Shown: positions 51,077-64,000 of the stretch, one piece after another
Layout: every line of letters starts with the position of its first letter
How positions within the stretch are numbered: position 1 is the stretch's first letter
Notes under the pieces: model-generated
What the model was told of the DNA's origin: nothing
Seen by the model: only the letters and a program-made list of their open reading frames with translations
Database searches by the model: none
Translations under genes and position numbers: made by a program
Assembly (NCBI GenBank): GCA_951406725.2
Contig: OX597824.1
Location: 21,886,001-21,950,000, forward strand
Source: Octopus vulgaris
Taxonomy: Eukaryota
Length of the DNA stretch: 64,000 nucleotides
Direction: 5' to 3'

Positions 51077-51180
51077 ATATATGTATATATATATGTGTGT
51101 ATGTATAATAATAATAATAATAACAATAATAATGATGATAATAATAATAATAATGATGATAATAATAATAATAATAATAG

Positions 51181-51211
<31 letters not shown>

Positions 51212-51698
51212 TACACACACACCCCATTCAGTACACATAGAGAAAGAGATAGACATTTTATTTGTAGAAGGCTAATCTTTCTAATGGTACATTCAAATGT
51301 GTTTTACGAGTTGATAATTTAAATATCGGTATTTATTCAATTATTAATACTATATAGAAACATAGTTACTGGTCTTATCTAAAGCTTTTATCTTGATTGC
51401 TTTATCAATATCTTCCTTTCACAAATAGCTCTCTTTCACTGTTTGGTCACTTGCTCCCTCAACCACAAATCGCTACCCAAAATAGTGTCTGTGCACATAC
51501 AGAAATAGCCCTTGCAGTAAATAATGTTAACCCCATAAACAATAGCCCACACCACACTCCACCTGAATGTCTCTGCATAAACAAGAGCCCACAAACAGCA
51601 ACTGTTCTGCACCATTCGCTACTTTATATGATGTTCCTGCAGACATGGCTTTGTGGTATGGCATTTGCTGGTATGACATTTGCTTTGTGGTATGACAT

Positions 51699-52270
51699 AA
51701 GGCGGCGAGCTGGTAGAATTGTTAGCACGCTGGGCGAAATGCGTAGCCGTATTTCGTCTGCCGCTACGTTCTGAGTTCAAATTCCGCCGAGGTTGACTTT
51801 GCCTTTCATCTTTTCGGGGTCGATTAAATAAGTACCAGTTACGCACTGGGGTCAATATAATCGACTTAATCCATTTGTCTGTCCTTGTTTGTCCTCTCTG
51901 TGTGTAGCCCCTTGTGGGTAGTAAAGAAATAGGTATTTTGTCTGCCGCTACGTTCTGAGTTCAAATTCCGCTGAGGTTGACTTTGCCTTTCATCCTTTCG
52001 GGGTCGATTAAATAAGTACCAGTTACGCACTGGGGTCGATATAATCGACTTAATCCATTTGTCTGTCCTTGTTTGTCCTCTCTGTGTGTAGCCCTTGTGG
52101 GTAGTAAAGAAATAGGTATTTCATCTGCCGCTACGTTCTGAGTTCAAATTCCGCCTAGGTTGACTTTGCCTTTCATCCTTTCGGGGTCGATTAAATAAGT
52201 ACCAGTTACGCACTGGGGTCGATATAATCGACTTAATCCGTTTGTCTGTCCTTGTTTGTCCTCTCTGTGT
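51699..52270 (+). mobile_element. SINE family B concatemer (head plus three ~184-bp units, last one truncated)
   Basis: AAGGCGGCGAGCTGG head; units restart at GGTATTT (~51932 and ~52115). Confidence 0.92.
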
Positions 52271-52288
52271 TATGTTGCCAAGTGGGCT

Positions 52289-52812
52289 TTAAACTTGATA
52301 CCAACCTGCTTTTGGTTCTATGATGATACAAGGCTCATTTTAAAGTGATCTAAATTTAAAATCTTCCATCGAAATCTCATGTTAATTTATGTTCCGAACT
52401 CCAGCTTAATAATGGAAATGTTACGTTTTCTAATTTCTTTATTATTCTCAGAATTAATTGAAAGAACGGCAGTGTATTTCAACAGAAACGAAGTAACAAA
52501 AGGCTTAAATAGATCCAAGTTAAAGCCTTCCATGAAAATTTCCTGTTAATTTAAGTTCCAAACACCAGATTAATAACGAAAGTTATTTTGCTAAATTCTT
52601 CATTATTCCCAGAATTAATTGAAACAAAAGCAGAGGATTTCAGCAGAAATAGGGTAACAGAAAGAAAAAAAAAAGGTTTAAAGTGTTCTAAATTAAAATC
52701 TTTCATCCAAACTCTCATGCTAATTTACGTTCCAAACACTAGCTTAGTAATGGCAAAATCATTTTACTAAAATCTTTGTTATTTTGGAAATTAATTAAAA
52801 TAAGGGCAGATA
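52289..52812 (+). mobile_element. Array of three piggyBac-type MITE (type 1) right halves
   Basis: Repeated TCTAAATTAAAATCTT.CATC...TTCCAAACAC.AGCTTA...AATTAATTGAAA...GTAACA; homologous to 38645-38864. Confidence 0.7.
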
Positions 52813-52819
52813 CTGTATG

Positions 52820-53085
52820 AATGTTCAGCTTGATGGATGACCTGCACAAATGGTTTATTTATAGTGATCAAATGCTCGTGCTGCACATTAGTTTACTCTC
52901 TCCATCAAATCAACATTGTCTGAATAGGTATATGGTGTACCACATGTCAGGTGTTGAAGTGATCACAGAACAACATGAGATGAAGTGTCTTGCTCAAGAA
53001 TACAATACACCACCCAGTTTAGAAATTGAAACTACAATCTTGCGATTGTGAGTACAGAACTCTAACCACTAGGCCATGTGCCAAC
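52820..53085 (-). mobile_element. SINE family C variant
   Basis: Minus strand GGCACATGGCCTAGTGGTTAGAG...TTCTTGAGCAAGACACTTCAT. Confidence 0.7.
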
Positions 53086-53329
53086 ACCTACACACAGAGA
53101 AAATTTTTAATTTGGCTATACATCATGTAGTATGCTGTTTAAATAATGTTCACTGAATTTGGCCACTTGATGTCATTAACACTATGGATTTAAATACCAC
53201 TGGATTTACTTCAGGAATTCCTTTGTATCCATAGATTTTATAGAAAATGAAAGAAAGAGAAAGAAAATGGAATCCATGAGATTTTTTATTAATTACTACA
53301 CTCGTTTTGATCCATCGTGCATTGGTCCC

Positions 53330-53369
53330 TCACCTGTGAGGGACTGTTGGATCGAAACGGTTGTAGTGA
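53330..53369 (+). ncRNA. Degenerate hammerhead motif in a ~140-bp foldback (53262-53400)
   Basis: TCAC-CTG_TGA-GGGACTGTTGGATC-GAAA-CGGTTG-TA-GTGA; core lacks A6. Confidence 0.5.
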
Positions 53370-53632
53370 TTAATAAAGAATCTCATGAATTCCATTTTCT
53401 CTCTCTCTCTCTCATATATTTTATATGCAGTATCAAGACAGTTTAAGGATATATTAACTAAATTTGATTGAAATTGATGGGTAAGCGTTTGGCCAATCAG
53501 ATTCACAAGGAGGCATGAAAGTGTTGATTTGTGAGTTTGATTCAGCCTGAGGTTAGCTCATCATTTTTCGGTCATTAGTTTATATTCAAAAATTGTCACT
53601 TCAAATCAGAGATATATATTATATACAGTTAT

Positions 53633-53670
<38 letters not shown>

Positions 53671-55429
53671 TATATGATGTGTATATTTCAATTTCCATCT
53701 ATGAAATCTCCTCACTGGGCTTTAATCAACCCAAGGCTATAGATTTTTCTGTATTTGTATTGAGGGATGTGAGGGATCGGACTTGATGCAATAAAGATTT
53801 CATTAGTATAATGACAATGAAAATTATCATAATAACAACGACGATGATGATGTTGATGATGACGATGATGAAAGTCTCTATTGTATAAAAGAAGAAATTT
53901 TGTTTTGGTAGTGGAGCTAGTGGATACTATCAAACTGACTGCTTGACCATTACATCATTTTGTTGTCTCCGAAAGAATGAAAAGCAAAGTTGACCTTGTC
54001 TAAAGTTCACGTCCTGCTGCAGTCAACTTTGCATTTCATCCTTATGACATTGAGAAAATACAGTGTCATTCAAGTACTAGAGCTGATTTAAGCACTCCAC
54101 CCGTCTTCTCAAATTCCTGACCCCCCACCCCCGGTGCCTATGTTACAAACATTGTTTATCATGTTTGTTCTCTCTCAACTTCATAAAATAAACTCCCAGA
54201 AGTACAGAGAATTTGAATCTGTTGACTTCATATTGGTCTCTTCCCTCAGAATTGACTGTCTGCCAAGATACAAGACATTATGACTTTAGGTGAAACACTA
54301 AACATTTCTTGACAAAAGTTTCATAGATATTTAAATAAAAAAAACCAACATAAAAATAGAATATCATTCTGATCATCATCAGCAGCAGCATCATAAGCAA
54401 AAATGGACAGCAAAGTGGAAACATCCCAAAAATATGTGCCATGTTCCTACAAATTTTACAGTTGAACAACATGGTTCAATGATTATTGAATGAGAGATTG
54501 AGAAACAGTCAAGGAATTCTCACCAATTTCCAATCGATATACGGCGTAGTAATGTTGCACCGAAGTCAGGAAGATAAAGAAAAAAGATTTATTGTAGAAC
54601 CTTAACTGCAAAACACTTTCATTTTTATATATTTATTTCAGTTCATCTTGTTTTATTTCTGCTGGAAAGTTTTTTGCTTGAACATCAGATAATCAAGTTT
54701 GTTTTCAACAAATTCTATTTGTCTTTTCATTGTTTTATATTCTCCTTCAAATTGTTCTTTCTCTAATGCTTTAAACAAATAAATATGCAATTCTTCATGT
54801 GAACAAGATCAACATCTAAAACAGTCTATTCCTTTAATGTCCATTAGCCCAACAGTTTGCATTGTGTGCAAATATGTTGGAGTTTTAGCGTAAATAATCT
54901 AATTTTTTCATTTATTTTCCTCGGCTTGTCTAGGGAGAGAAACGAATCAGAGAAACTAATGAAATTTCTGATGTCATTAGTCTGTTAAGCCAGATGGCTA
55001 ATCAACTAATAGTTTTAATAATTACCACATCACACTAATTTCTGCTTATTTATATTTTATCTATCTCTGCTTAGATTTTCATTACATACACACATACACA
55101 ATCATCCTTATGCAGACATATACAGACAGATACACACTGCCTGTGCAAATGTTAGTGGAGTTGCTACAACAATGAATGTATTAACTATATATTCCCAATA
55201 AGTTCAATTTGGTGTTTCAAAAGTAGAGTGTTCAAATCCTAGTAAGGTTGACTTCACTTTCCATTTCAACTATAGAATAAGTACCATTAATAAATTTCTG
55301 TCTTTACAAGAGACAGAAAAAAAAACAAAAAACACCAACTACTTTATGCTGGAAAGAATTCTGTAGTATCCATAGAGTTTATATAAGTAGATAAATGATA
55401 GAAAATGGAATGAATGACATTATTTAAAA

Positions 55430-55533
55430 TCACTACAATCGTTTTGACACATTTTTACACTTGTAGTACAAAGGTGATATGTTGTGTAATCATTATCAAA
55501 CACCCTGGGTGTAAAATGCACCTCCTCAGGTGA
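55430..55533 (-). ncRNA. Hammerhead motif with long stem II, G12 mutated
   Basis: Minus strand TCAC-CTGAGGA-GGTGCATTTTACA...TGTAAAAATGTGTC-AAAA-CGATTG-TA-GTGA; the 25.9-kb paralogue keeps GAAA. Confidence 0.6.
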
Positions 55534-56744
55534 CTGTTTAAATAAGTCCATAGTGAGATCATCCAACTGGCATTTTACTCAGTGTGAGAATGCATACCCA
55601 AAGAAATTTGTCATTTTCAGCAGCTTACAGACAAAACTAAAATCGAAATACACAGAATACAGAAATAAAGAAATAAAGAAATAGATAAAAAAAGGGGTCA
55701 GTTTGACTATAAACTACAATTTTATCTTCTTGGCCAGATTATAAGGAAGAAAGTGCAAAAAAAAAAACAAAGACTAAACTGAAGAATAAAATTAAGCATT
55801 TACAGATAATAAACTGATAAAGTGATGAAGTCTGGCCATTTCAGTACTTATCAACTGGTTCTTTGTTTCTGAGAAGGCTCTAAGTTACCCTCTGTCTTTT
55901 GCCATGAAACAACTGGTTCCATTCTATACTCAAATCAGTCTCTATTTAAAGCTAATTTATTACTGTCTAGTTTTTATATGCTTTTTTAAAGCAATTAGAA
56001 AAAATAAGTTAATCCGTATCATAATCCACCCACTCCATATATACATATTTTTCTAAATACCCGCCTACAAATTAGTATATATATATATATATATATATAA
56101 ATACACACACACATATATATCTATTAATATATACACATATGTACTTCTCACATGTACCTATTTATATATGTACATATATATACTTCTTACATACATTCTT
56201 TCAAATAAAGAGCCACAAAAGAGTATAAATAAAGTAAAATGGAATATATATACACATATCTATTCATATATGCACACATACACACTTCTTATATAAATAC
56301 TATTTCTAAGGATTGAAATAAAAAAAGTAAAATAAAAAAATATATCTATAAACCTATTTATATATGCACATATATGTATACTTCATACATACATTCTTAC
56401 TGTTTATATAAAATAAACATAAATAAATAATACAATATGATAAAGTTAAATGAAATGTAATATAGTATACCGACACATGAGTAAAATAGGTTAAATGTAC
56501 GTATATTTACATATACATACATATACATACATACATAATATATGTATTATATATATATATATTTCCATAGATGTACATATATTTATATATACTCACATAT
56601 ATTTATATATTCATATATATATTTAAATAAAAGTACAAATATTCACATACACACACATGTACATATATTTACATATCCATACATATATAAATATATATAT
56701 TTACATTTACACACGTATATACATAGATATATTTATAGATACAC

Positions 56745-57600
56745 ACATACATGAATACACATATTTACACATACATACCACACATATTTTATATTTATAT
56801 ACATACATGTGTCTGTTTACATATACATACACATAGACATATATACATACACACATATACGAATACACCTATTTACATATACATACAAGCATATATATAT
56901 AGTCACATATGCATATATATATAAATATACATGCACACACATCTGCATACTTATACACGTACATACATAGACACACACACATACATACATACATGAAAGT
57001 ACATTTACACACAACACACATAGACACATATACATACACACATACATGAATACACCTACTTACATATACATACACAACACACACATATTTGCATATACAT
57101 ACAGGCATACATATAGCCACATATACATATATATATAAATATACATGCACACACGTCTGCATACTTATACACATACATACATACACACACACACATACAT
57201 ACAAGTACATGTGCACACAACAGACATAGAGTACATATCCAGAAGTGTGTTTACATACACATACACGTAGACATATATACATACATACATGAATACACAT
57301 ATTTACACATACATACCACACACATATATTTTATATTTATATACATACATGTGTGTGTTTACACATACATACACATAGACATATATACATACACACATAC
57401 ATGAATACACCTATTTATATACACACACACACACATATATTAACAGGCATATATATAGCCACATATACATACACATATATATATATATTTATATTTATAT
57501 ATAAATACACACACACACAGGTCTGCATACATACACACACACATACATGAAAGTACATTTATACACACAACACACTTGGAGTACATATCCAGAAGTGTGG
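56745..57600. repeat. Hierarchical tandem duplications of microsatellite-derived sequence
   Basis: Blocks ATGAATACACATATTTACACATACATACCAC, ATGAAAGTACATTTA and GAGTACATATCCAGAAGTGTG each recur ~350-550 bp apart. Confidence 0.8.
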
Positions 57601-57904
57601 CTCAGTGACAATTTTGATGAATTGTTATGAGATGTCATTTCTGACATGAACAAACTGTTCTGACCTTACAAGAGAAAGAACAAGAAATCTAAATCATTTT
57701 ATAAGAAAGTCAAAAGATGGAAGAATTATATTTATAGAACTCTTTCAGATTGCTCATAATATTGAGTGAACTGGTGCAGCGTTGTCATTTTGCGCCATGA
57801 CAGTTTATCATCATAGAAGTAAGTTGTCTTCTTTTGATATGAAACATCTTTTGAAATTCTTCAAAGTTCTCAACAGATCTATTTCTGGGAAGATGAACAG
57901 CAAA

Positions 57905-58085
57905 CATCATCATCATCATTGTCGTCGTCAACATCATCACCATCATTATCACCATAGTCATCATCATCATAGTCATCATCACCATTGTCGTCATCATCAT
58001 CATCATCACAATCGTCATCATCATCATTACCACCACCACCATCATCATCATCGTCGTTATCATCATCATCATCATCATCATCGTC
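57905..58085. repeat. (CAT)n microsatellite
   Basis: Explains the poly-H/M ORFs. Confidence 0.9.
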
Positions 58086-58628
58086 AGCTTAATATCTGAC
58101 TTTCTATGCTGTCATTGTTTCATGATTCTGTGACAGCTCATCTGAGACTGAGCATTCAACAAGACCACTATTTCTACATTTATCGTATATACACGAATAT
58201 ATGCACGTACGTACACACACACACGCGCATGCACACACCCTCAACTGCTGACTATTACACAACAAAATAAATAATCCACTGATATTATATATTTCACTCC
58301 AACCTAGTTAGTATATCAAGATACTTCTTCTGATAGCCAGGTTTTTCTCTTTTTTAAATATTTGCCACAACTTGTCAACAGACAAGGAAACATATATATA
58401 TATATATACAATGATAAATCTCAGAGTGAGTTATATACAGATATATATATATATATACAGATATATATATATATGCACATATATATATATATATATACAC
58501 ATATATATATACACACATATATATATACACACATATATATATATGTACATATACATATATATATATACATATATATATATACATATATATACATATACAT
58601 ATATACATATATACATATACATATATAT

Positions 58629-58665
<37 letters not shown>

Positions 58666-59299
58666 CATATACATATATATACATATATATAAATATATTT
58701 ATATATATGCCTTATTTGGCATTGAGGGATTTTGGCTGTACATTGTATAGTTAGGTGTGCGTGCATGCGTGCATGTGTGAGAAATTGGGAAAAGTGCTTG
58801 ATGCATTTTATTAGTTTAGTTGGTGTATGCGTTGCAAATGTCGTGTATGATTGGCGAAATCTTCCCAGCATTTTCAAGCTTCTTAGCAGCAATTTTTCAT
58901 CCATTGGAAAAGTGTTGGTTGTAAGAAAGTAGCTATAAAGTTCTTCACAGCCTGTGGGAAGAGCGCTGACATCTTTTGGTGCTGATTGATGACGACATTT
59001 TGGCCAAAAATGAATATTTGTCTTCAAATGAGTGGCAGTACACGTCAACAGAAAATATTAACAACTCGATTTCTATACTCAAGAATGAGACTGTTAATTC
59101 TTCAGTTCATTCTAACGGTTTATTTTTATTTATTTATTTGTTTTTTTTAGTTTGTTTTTTTAATACAAGTCAAGTTTAATAGCCATAAAATACTCCATGT
59201 CTCAAAGGGATTTTTCTCTGACACACACATCGTATATAATTTAATCCTTGCAAAAATCTAAATGCCCCAGGTACCAATAGGAAAATAGCAAAAAAATAA

Positions 59300-59330
<31 letters not shown>

Positions 59331-59610
59331 TGACTTTCCTGTAAGAAATATATATCACTAGACATTCATATTTCTTCTAACAAAGAAAAATGAGAATGAC
59401 AACTTCAATCAATAGACAAATACAGAATTTTCAACATAGAGGAAATTTACTGGAAAACATTTAAAATAAATAAATAAATAAAGAAAGAAAAATAAATAAA
59501 GAAAAAAAGAAAGAAAAAGAACATCAAATTCATTATTGCCATCTTCAATGGTATATGGAAAATTCCTTGATTTTATATTTTCGAAATTCCCAAAATGAAA
59601 AAAAAAAATT

Positions 59611-59612
59611 AA

Positions 59613-59677
<65 letters not shown>

Positions 59678-59724
59678 TAATAATAATAACAATAATAATG
59701 ATGATAATAATAATAATAATGATG

Positions 59725-59768
<44 letters not shown>

Positions 59769-59775
59769 GATAATG

Positions 59776-59810
<35 letters not shown>

Positions 59811-59826
59811 GATAATAATAATAAAG

Positions 59827-59875
<49 letters not shown>
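59611..59875. repeat. (AAT)n microsatellite
   Basis: Explains the poly-I/Y ORFs. Confidence 0.95.
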
Positions 59876-59877
<2 letters not shown>

Positions 59878-60501
59878 TAAATAAAAGACACCCTGCAAAT
59901 TATTAAATACATTTCCATGTTAATCCAACAATATTTCATTAAATGACTTTCGTTTAGCTCTTCTCGCCACTTGCTGTAATTCTTGCCAGTCGCGAAAGTA
60001 TCGGCTCTCTATCTCCAGTAGTTTCTGCTGCCTCATAAAATAGCTACGACACAGCTTCTTTCCCAACCCTTCAGATTTATTGCCAAGCCACCACCAATAA
60101 TACACTGCTGATTGATTTTCTTGCCAATTCCCTCGCAGGCGTACAATGCTAACAACCCGTCTGCACACCCACATCCATAATTTTATTGTGCACTCATAAT
60201 ATCGTACTGTCCTTTTTACATCTTTTATATGACAAGCTAGTCCACTTTATTCTATGTCAACTGGCTTCGTTTAGACTTTAAGAGAGAATAGTATCTATCC
60301 GTATTAATATCATGCATACATGCATTCGTATACATACACACACATACATATATATATACACACACATACATATATATACATACACACACATATATATATA
60401 TATATATATACATATGCACACATATATATATACATTCATGCATACATATATATATATACATACACATATATATACATATGCACGCATATATATATACATT
60501 C

Positions 60502-60546
<45 letters not shown>

Positions 60547-61740
60547 TATATATATATACATACATACACATACATATATATATAAGCAAACATATATATA
60601 TATACATACATACACATACATATATATTTAAGCAAACATATACACACACACATATATATATACATATATATATATGTATCCAACTTTGAATATCTAATGT
60701 TAAATGATGTTTTGTTATATTTTTAACCCCACCCCAGACGTTTTTTTTTTATTTTTAGTTTTGAAAACACCTTTAGATATTAAATAATTATATTTCATAC
60801 ACAGAGTAACAAAGAATAGCTCTAAAATGCCTCTCTCTCTCTCTCCCTCAGTCTTTCGATCTGAGACAGGATGAGGAGGTAGGATGCCTTTGCAGATGGT
60901 GTGGACATGTTATAATAGGGAACAGGGTGGATGTTCAATAGTAGCCAGGAACAAAAACAGAAAAAAAAAGACAAACCAAGGAAAAATTGAAATGAAATAG
61001 TTCAGAGTGACCTAAGTAAGTTGAGATAGAGTGAGGTTACAACTGCAGCCGAAACAGCTGGAAGAGAGCATTCAACCTATATAACATCATAGAAAATTGA
61101 CATAAAACATCAATGGTGGAAATGAACTCAGGTGGAAAGATTGATTGAACAAATTCTAAAGGATTTGTAGCCAGCTGAAATGTGATATTTTTAAAACTAG
61201 TGAAATCTACTCAGCATTGTGTTGGAGTAAAATGTAAGCACAAACAAAAGAAAATATTAAAATATGTAAATAAAGAACGGAACATTTTCAAATAAATGTC
61301 CCCGAAATGGCATTAAAAATGCGATAACGGATGGCTGTAAATGAAATTAATTAAACATTAATTAATGCATTAGGATTTCCAACTAAATATCTCCCCCTCC
61401 TTCTCTCTCACTTCAGAGAAAATTGTCTGATACATTTTAGCTGTTTGTAAATAGTTACATAAAGTTTTCATCATTTTAAATTACGATATAACAAAAACAA
61501 AAAAAAAAAAAGCTTCCATTTTTCCATTTTTTTTCTTCTCGTCTCTCCAAGAAAAGAGCAGAGTATTTCTAAATCAATATCACAAACTGTGTAAAGAACA
61601 AACCTGAAAAAACAAAGTTAATTTTTCAACAGTAATTAATGTTTAGCAGCTTAAACCATCTTTGAAGGAGAATATGTAGCAGTTATTATTTCAGAGATAA
61701 GGACTTCTTGCATCAACACAGTAAACAGTAAATAAATCAT

Positions 61741-61978
61741 GAGGGCACATGGCTTAGTGGTTAGGGTACTTGGCTCACAACTGTGAGGCTGTGAGTTGGC
61801 TCCCTGGCGACACGCTGTGTCCTTGAGCAAGACACTTTATTTCATGTTGCTCCAGTTCACTCAGCTGGCAAAAATGAGTTGTACCTGTAAGTGAGAGGGG
61901 CCAGCCTTGTCACATTCTGTGTCATGTTGAATCTTTCTAAGAACTATGTTAAAGGTATGAGTGTCTGTAGAGTGCTCA
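61741..61978 (+). mobile_element. SINE family C3, 3' truncated
   Basis: GGCACATGGCTTAGTGGTTAGGG...GTGTCCTTGAGCAAGACACTTTATTTC. Confidence 0.8.
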
Positions 61979-62077
61979 AAGAAGTGACAGTAAACAAATC
62001 AATGCAAAATTTGTCCAAAATATTGGAAACTAGTTAGTTTTCTTCATAACTATCTGCCTGTCTTTCCATCAGTCTGT

Positions 62078-62242
62078 CCATCCATCCATCCATCCACCCA
62101 CCCATCCTACTTCATCCTACCTACCTACCTACCTACGTACCTACCTACCTACCTACCTACCTACATACATACCTACCTACCTACGTACCTACGTACCTAC
62201 CTACCTACCTATCTACATACCTACCTACATACATACATACAC
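62078..62242. repeat. (CCAT)n-(CCTA)n-(CATA)n tetranucleotide tract
   Basis: Direct inspection. Confidence 0.9.
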
Positions 62243-62251
62243 ATGCATATA

Positions 62252-63103
62252 CAAGGTGTAATGGGTAAATTGTCACCGTTTTATATTTTTAATTTCATGC
62301 GTGCACTTTGCTTGCTTTTGATTTTATTGACCACACAGTATAGTAGGGTCAGTTGGGTACCGTATATGAGAAAAACAGCACCATTACACAATTCACTCTG
62401 CCTGAAATTTGGAGACGACATACTGCACTGCTTGGCATTTGCGTCAGAAGCTCCAATATGAACATTTCAGAGTGTTTGGGTGTCAATCTGAGGATGTGTA
62501 CCGAGAGTGATAAAAATCAAACCTCCAGTCAACATCATGGTGCTTGGAGTGATCACTAGTGATGGCGACATTATGCTTCCATTCTTCTTCCCACATGGCC
62601 TCAGACTCAACACAGAAGCCTACATCAAGTGCCTGGAAAAGGTAGTGCTGCCCTGGGTCAAGAGGGTGGCTGCTGGAAGGACTCTGCACCATGCCACACA
62701 AGCAGGAGAACCCAGTCATAGCTGTCAGAATTTCTGTGACCACATCAGCCCTAACATCTGGCCACCTAACTCCCCAGACTGTAACTCCTTTGATTATTAT
62801 GTGTGGGGTACAGTTAAGTGAGAGACTAACAAAACTCCTTGTAACACCGAAGATGAACTGAAGGCAAGAATTATGGCAGCATTCACCAACTTAAACAAGG
62901 AAACTGTCCAGAAGAGCTGCAGGAGATCCAAAAATTGTCTGGAGGCTGTGTTTGAAGCCAGTGGCGATTTTATTGAATAAATTTACTCTTTAGTATTTCA
63001 AAATATTTTAATGTAATTTTGGTAAATATATCTTTTAAAATGAGATGTCTGTGTTATTTTCATTTTTGCATAATTTAGACGACACTTTATTCACTGTACC
63101 CTG
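62252..63103 (+). mobile_element. Internally deleted Tc1/mariner DNA transposon, DD37D (maT) type
   Basis: TA|CAAGGTGTAATGGGTAAATTGTC ... GACACTTTATTCACTGTACCCTG|TA: imperfect TIRs with a TA duplication; transposase remnants inside. Confidence 0.88.
62366..62980 (+). pseudogene. DD37D transposase pseudogene
   Basis: ISECLGVNLR (HTH-like start), a large deletion, then NIMVLGVITSDG...LPWVKR, DSAPCH, WPPNSPDCNSFDYYVWG and C-terminal GDFIE*. 37 residues lie between the last two Asp after repairing one frameshift; in-frame stops present. Confidence 0.85.
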
Positions 63104-64000
63104 TATATATATATGTATACACACACACAGATACAATCTGTAAATGAAAGGGTAAATATATGCAAGAATTTTTTCGAGTTCAAAATGTGACATTGTTTTT
63201 TGTCATCTACATTCCAATGATGGAACTTTGTATCTTTGTAAAAACTACTTCTTCACCAAATAATTAAAAATAGAAGAGTTTGGTAAGGAAGCTGACACAC
63301 ATCCTTCAAAAGCAATCTTTTCAATTCTTCCTTTGAAATTCTTTAAAAAATAATGATGCACACACACACCTAAATGTTAAAGAGACAAGTACACGCAGAA
63401 CAAAAGTGCAAGTTCATAGACCTACATATACGCACGCACTAATGCAACCACATATTTACAAACCCCCAGGAACTGTCTGAACTCAAAAATTTTGTCACTT
63501 TGTTAGTGACTCATGAAGAACTTAAAATAAGTCTCAAAGAAAACACACAGTGGCATCACATAGTTTAAAAACAAGAGTGTGGTGCTGATAATTAAGCATT
63601 AATTATTTCTGTTTATTTAATTACTTATGATTAAAACTATGCATGAATGAAAAAAATATTGTTTTTAGTCCTTCTAAATGCTGTAAGTTGAAACATAAAC
63701 ATCTTAATTAGCATAATACAATTATAAACAGTATTAATAACATTACAAAATGAACGTCCATTTAATTCTTTGCTTTTCCTATGTGTAACATGTGATACAC
63801 CAGAGATATTTCTCTGGCATTTATGCGTCATATATGATACTCATTCCCAAATTTTTTCAACCACTAGAGCATCTTGAGTCTTATGAAAGAAAAGCTTTAT
63901 ATTTTTAACTCAAAACATATAAAACCAGGGCTAACTAAAAGTCTGGATGCAAGCATGGTCAATTAAGAACAAATTTACAAAAATGCATTGGACAGGCAAA

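Noticed and set aside
59920-60174. 84-aa minus-strand ORF with non-repetitive sequence
   Set aside because: Non-ATG start, no recognisable domain or splice support.
1-64000. Conserved bilaterian miRNAs, rRNA or snRNA genes
   Set aside because: None recognised by eye; lineage-specific miRNAs cannot be excluded without small-RNA data.

Overview
This is an AT-rich eukaryotic window with no recognisable host protein-coding exon. It is saturated with (TA)n/(CA)n/(AAT)n/(CAT)n microsatellites and short interspersed repeats. The repeat set looks like an octopus (coleoid cephalopod) intron or intergenic region; this is inferred from recalled repeat motifs, not from a search. Almost all ORF-track entries are microsatellite or SINE translations. 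Contents: four SINE-like families under my working names A-D (A-C have tRNA-like heads), RTE-LINE relics and RTE-derived non-autonomous elements, piggyBac-type and mariner-type MITEs, one Helentron-type non-autonomous element, and an internally deleted DD37D (maT) Tc1/mariner element at 62252-63103. The strongest unexplained signal is a set of at least seven minimal type-I hammerhead ribozyme motifs from several unrelated sequence families (1444, 4194, 22519, 23054, 45399, 53330, 55430). Several are next to (TA)n tracts or lie within inverted repeats, as expected for Penelope-like element ends, and several have non-canonical cores. Also notable: family-B SINE concatemers that inserted as single events, SINE 3' modules swapped at an internal microsatellite, self-nesting MITEs, and long hairpins whose mismatches are mostly G-U on the + strand. 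Boundaries were read by eye and are approximate.
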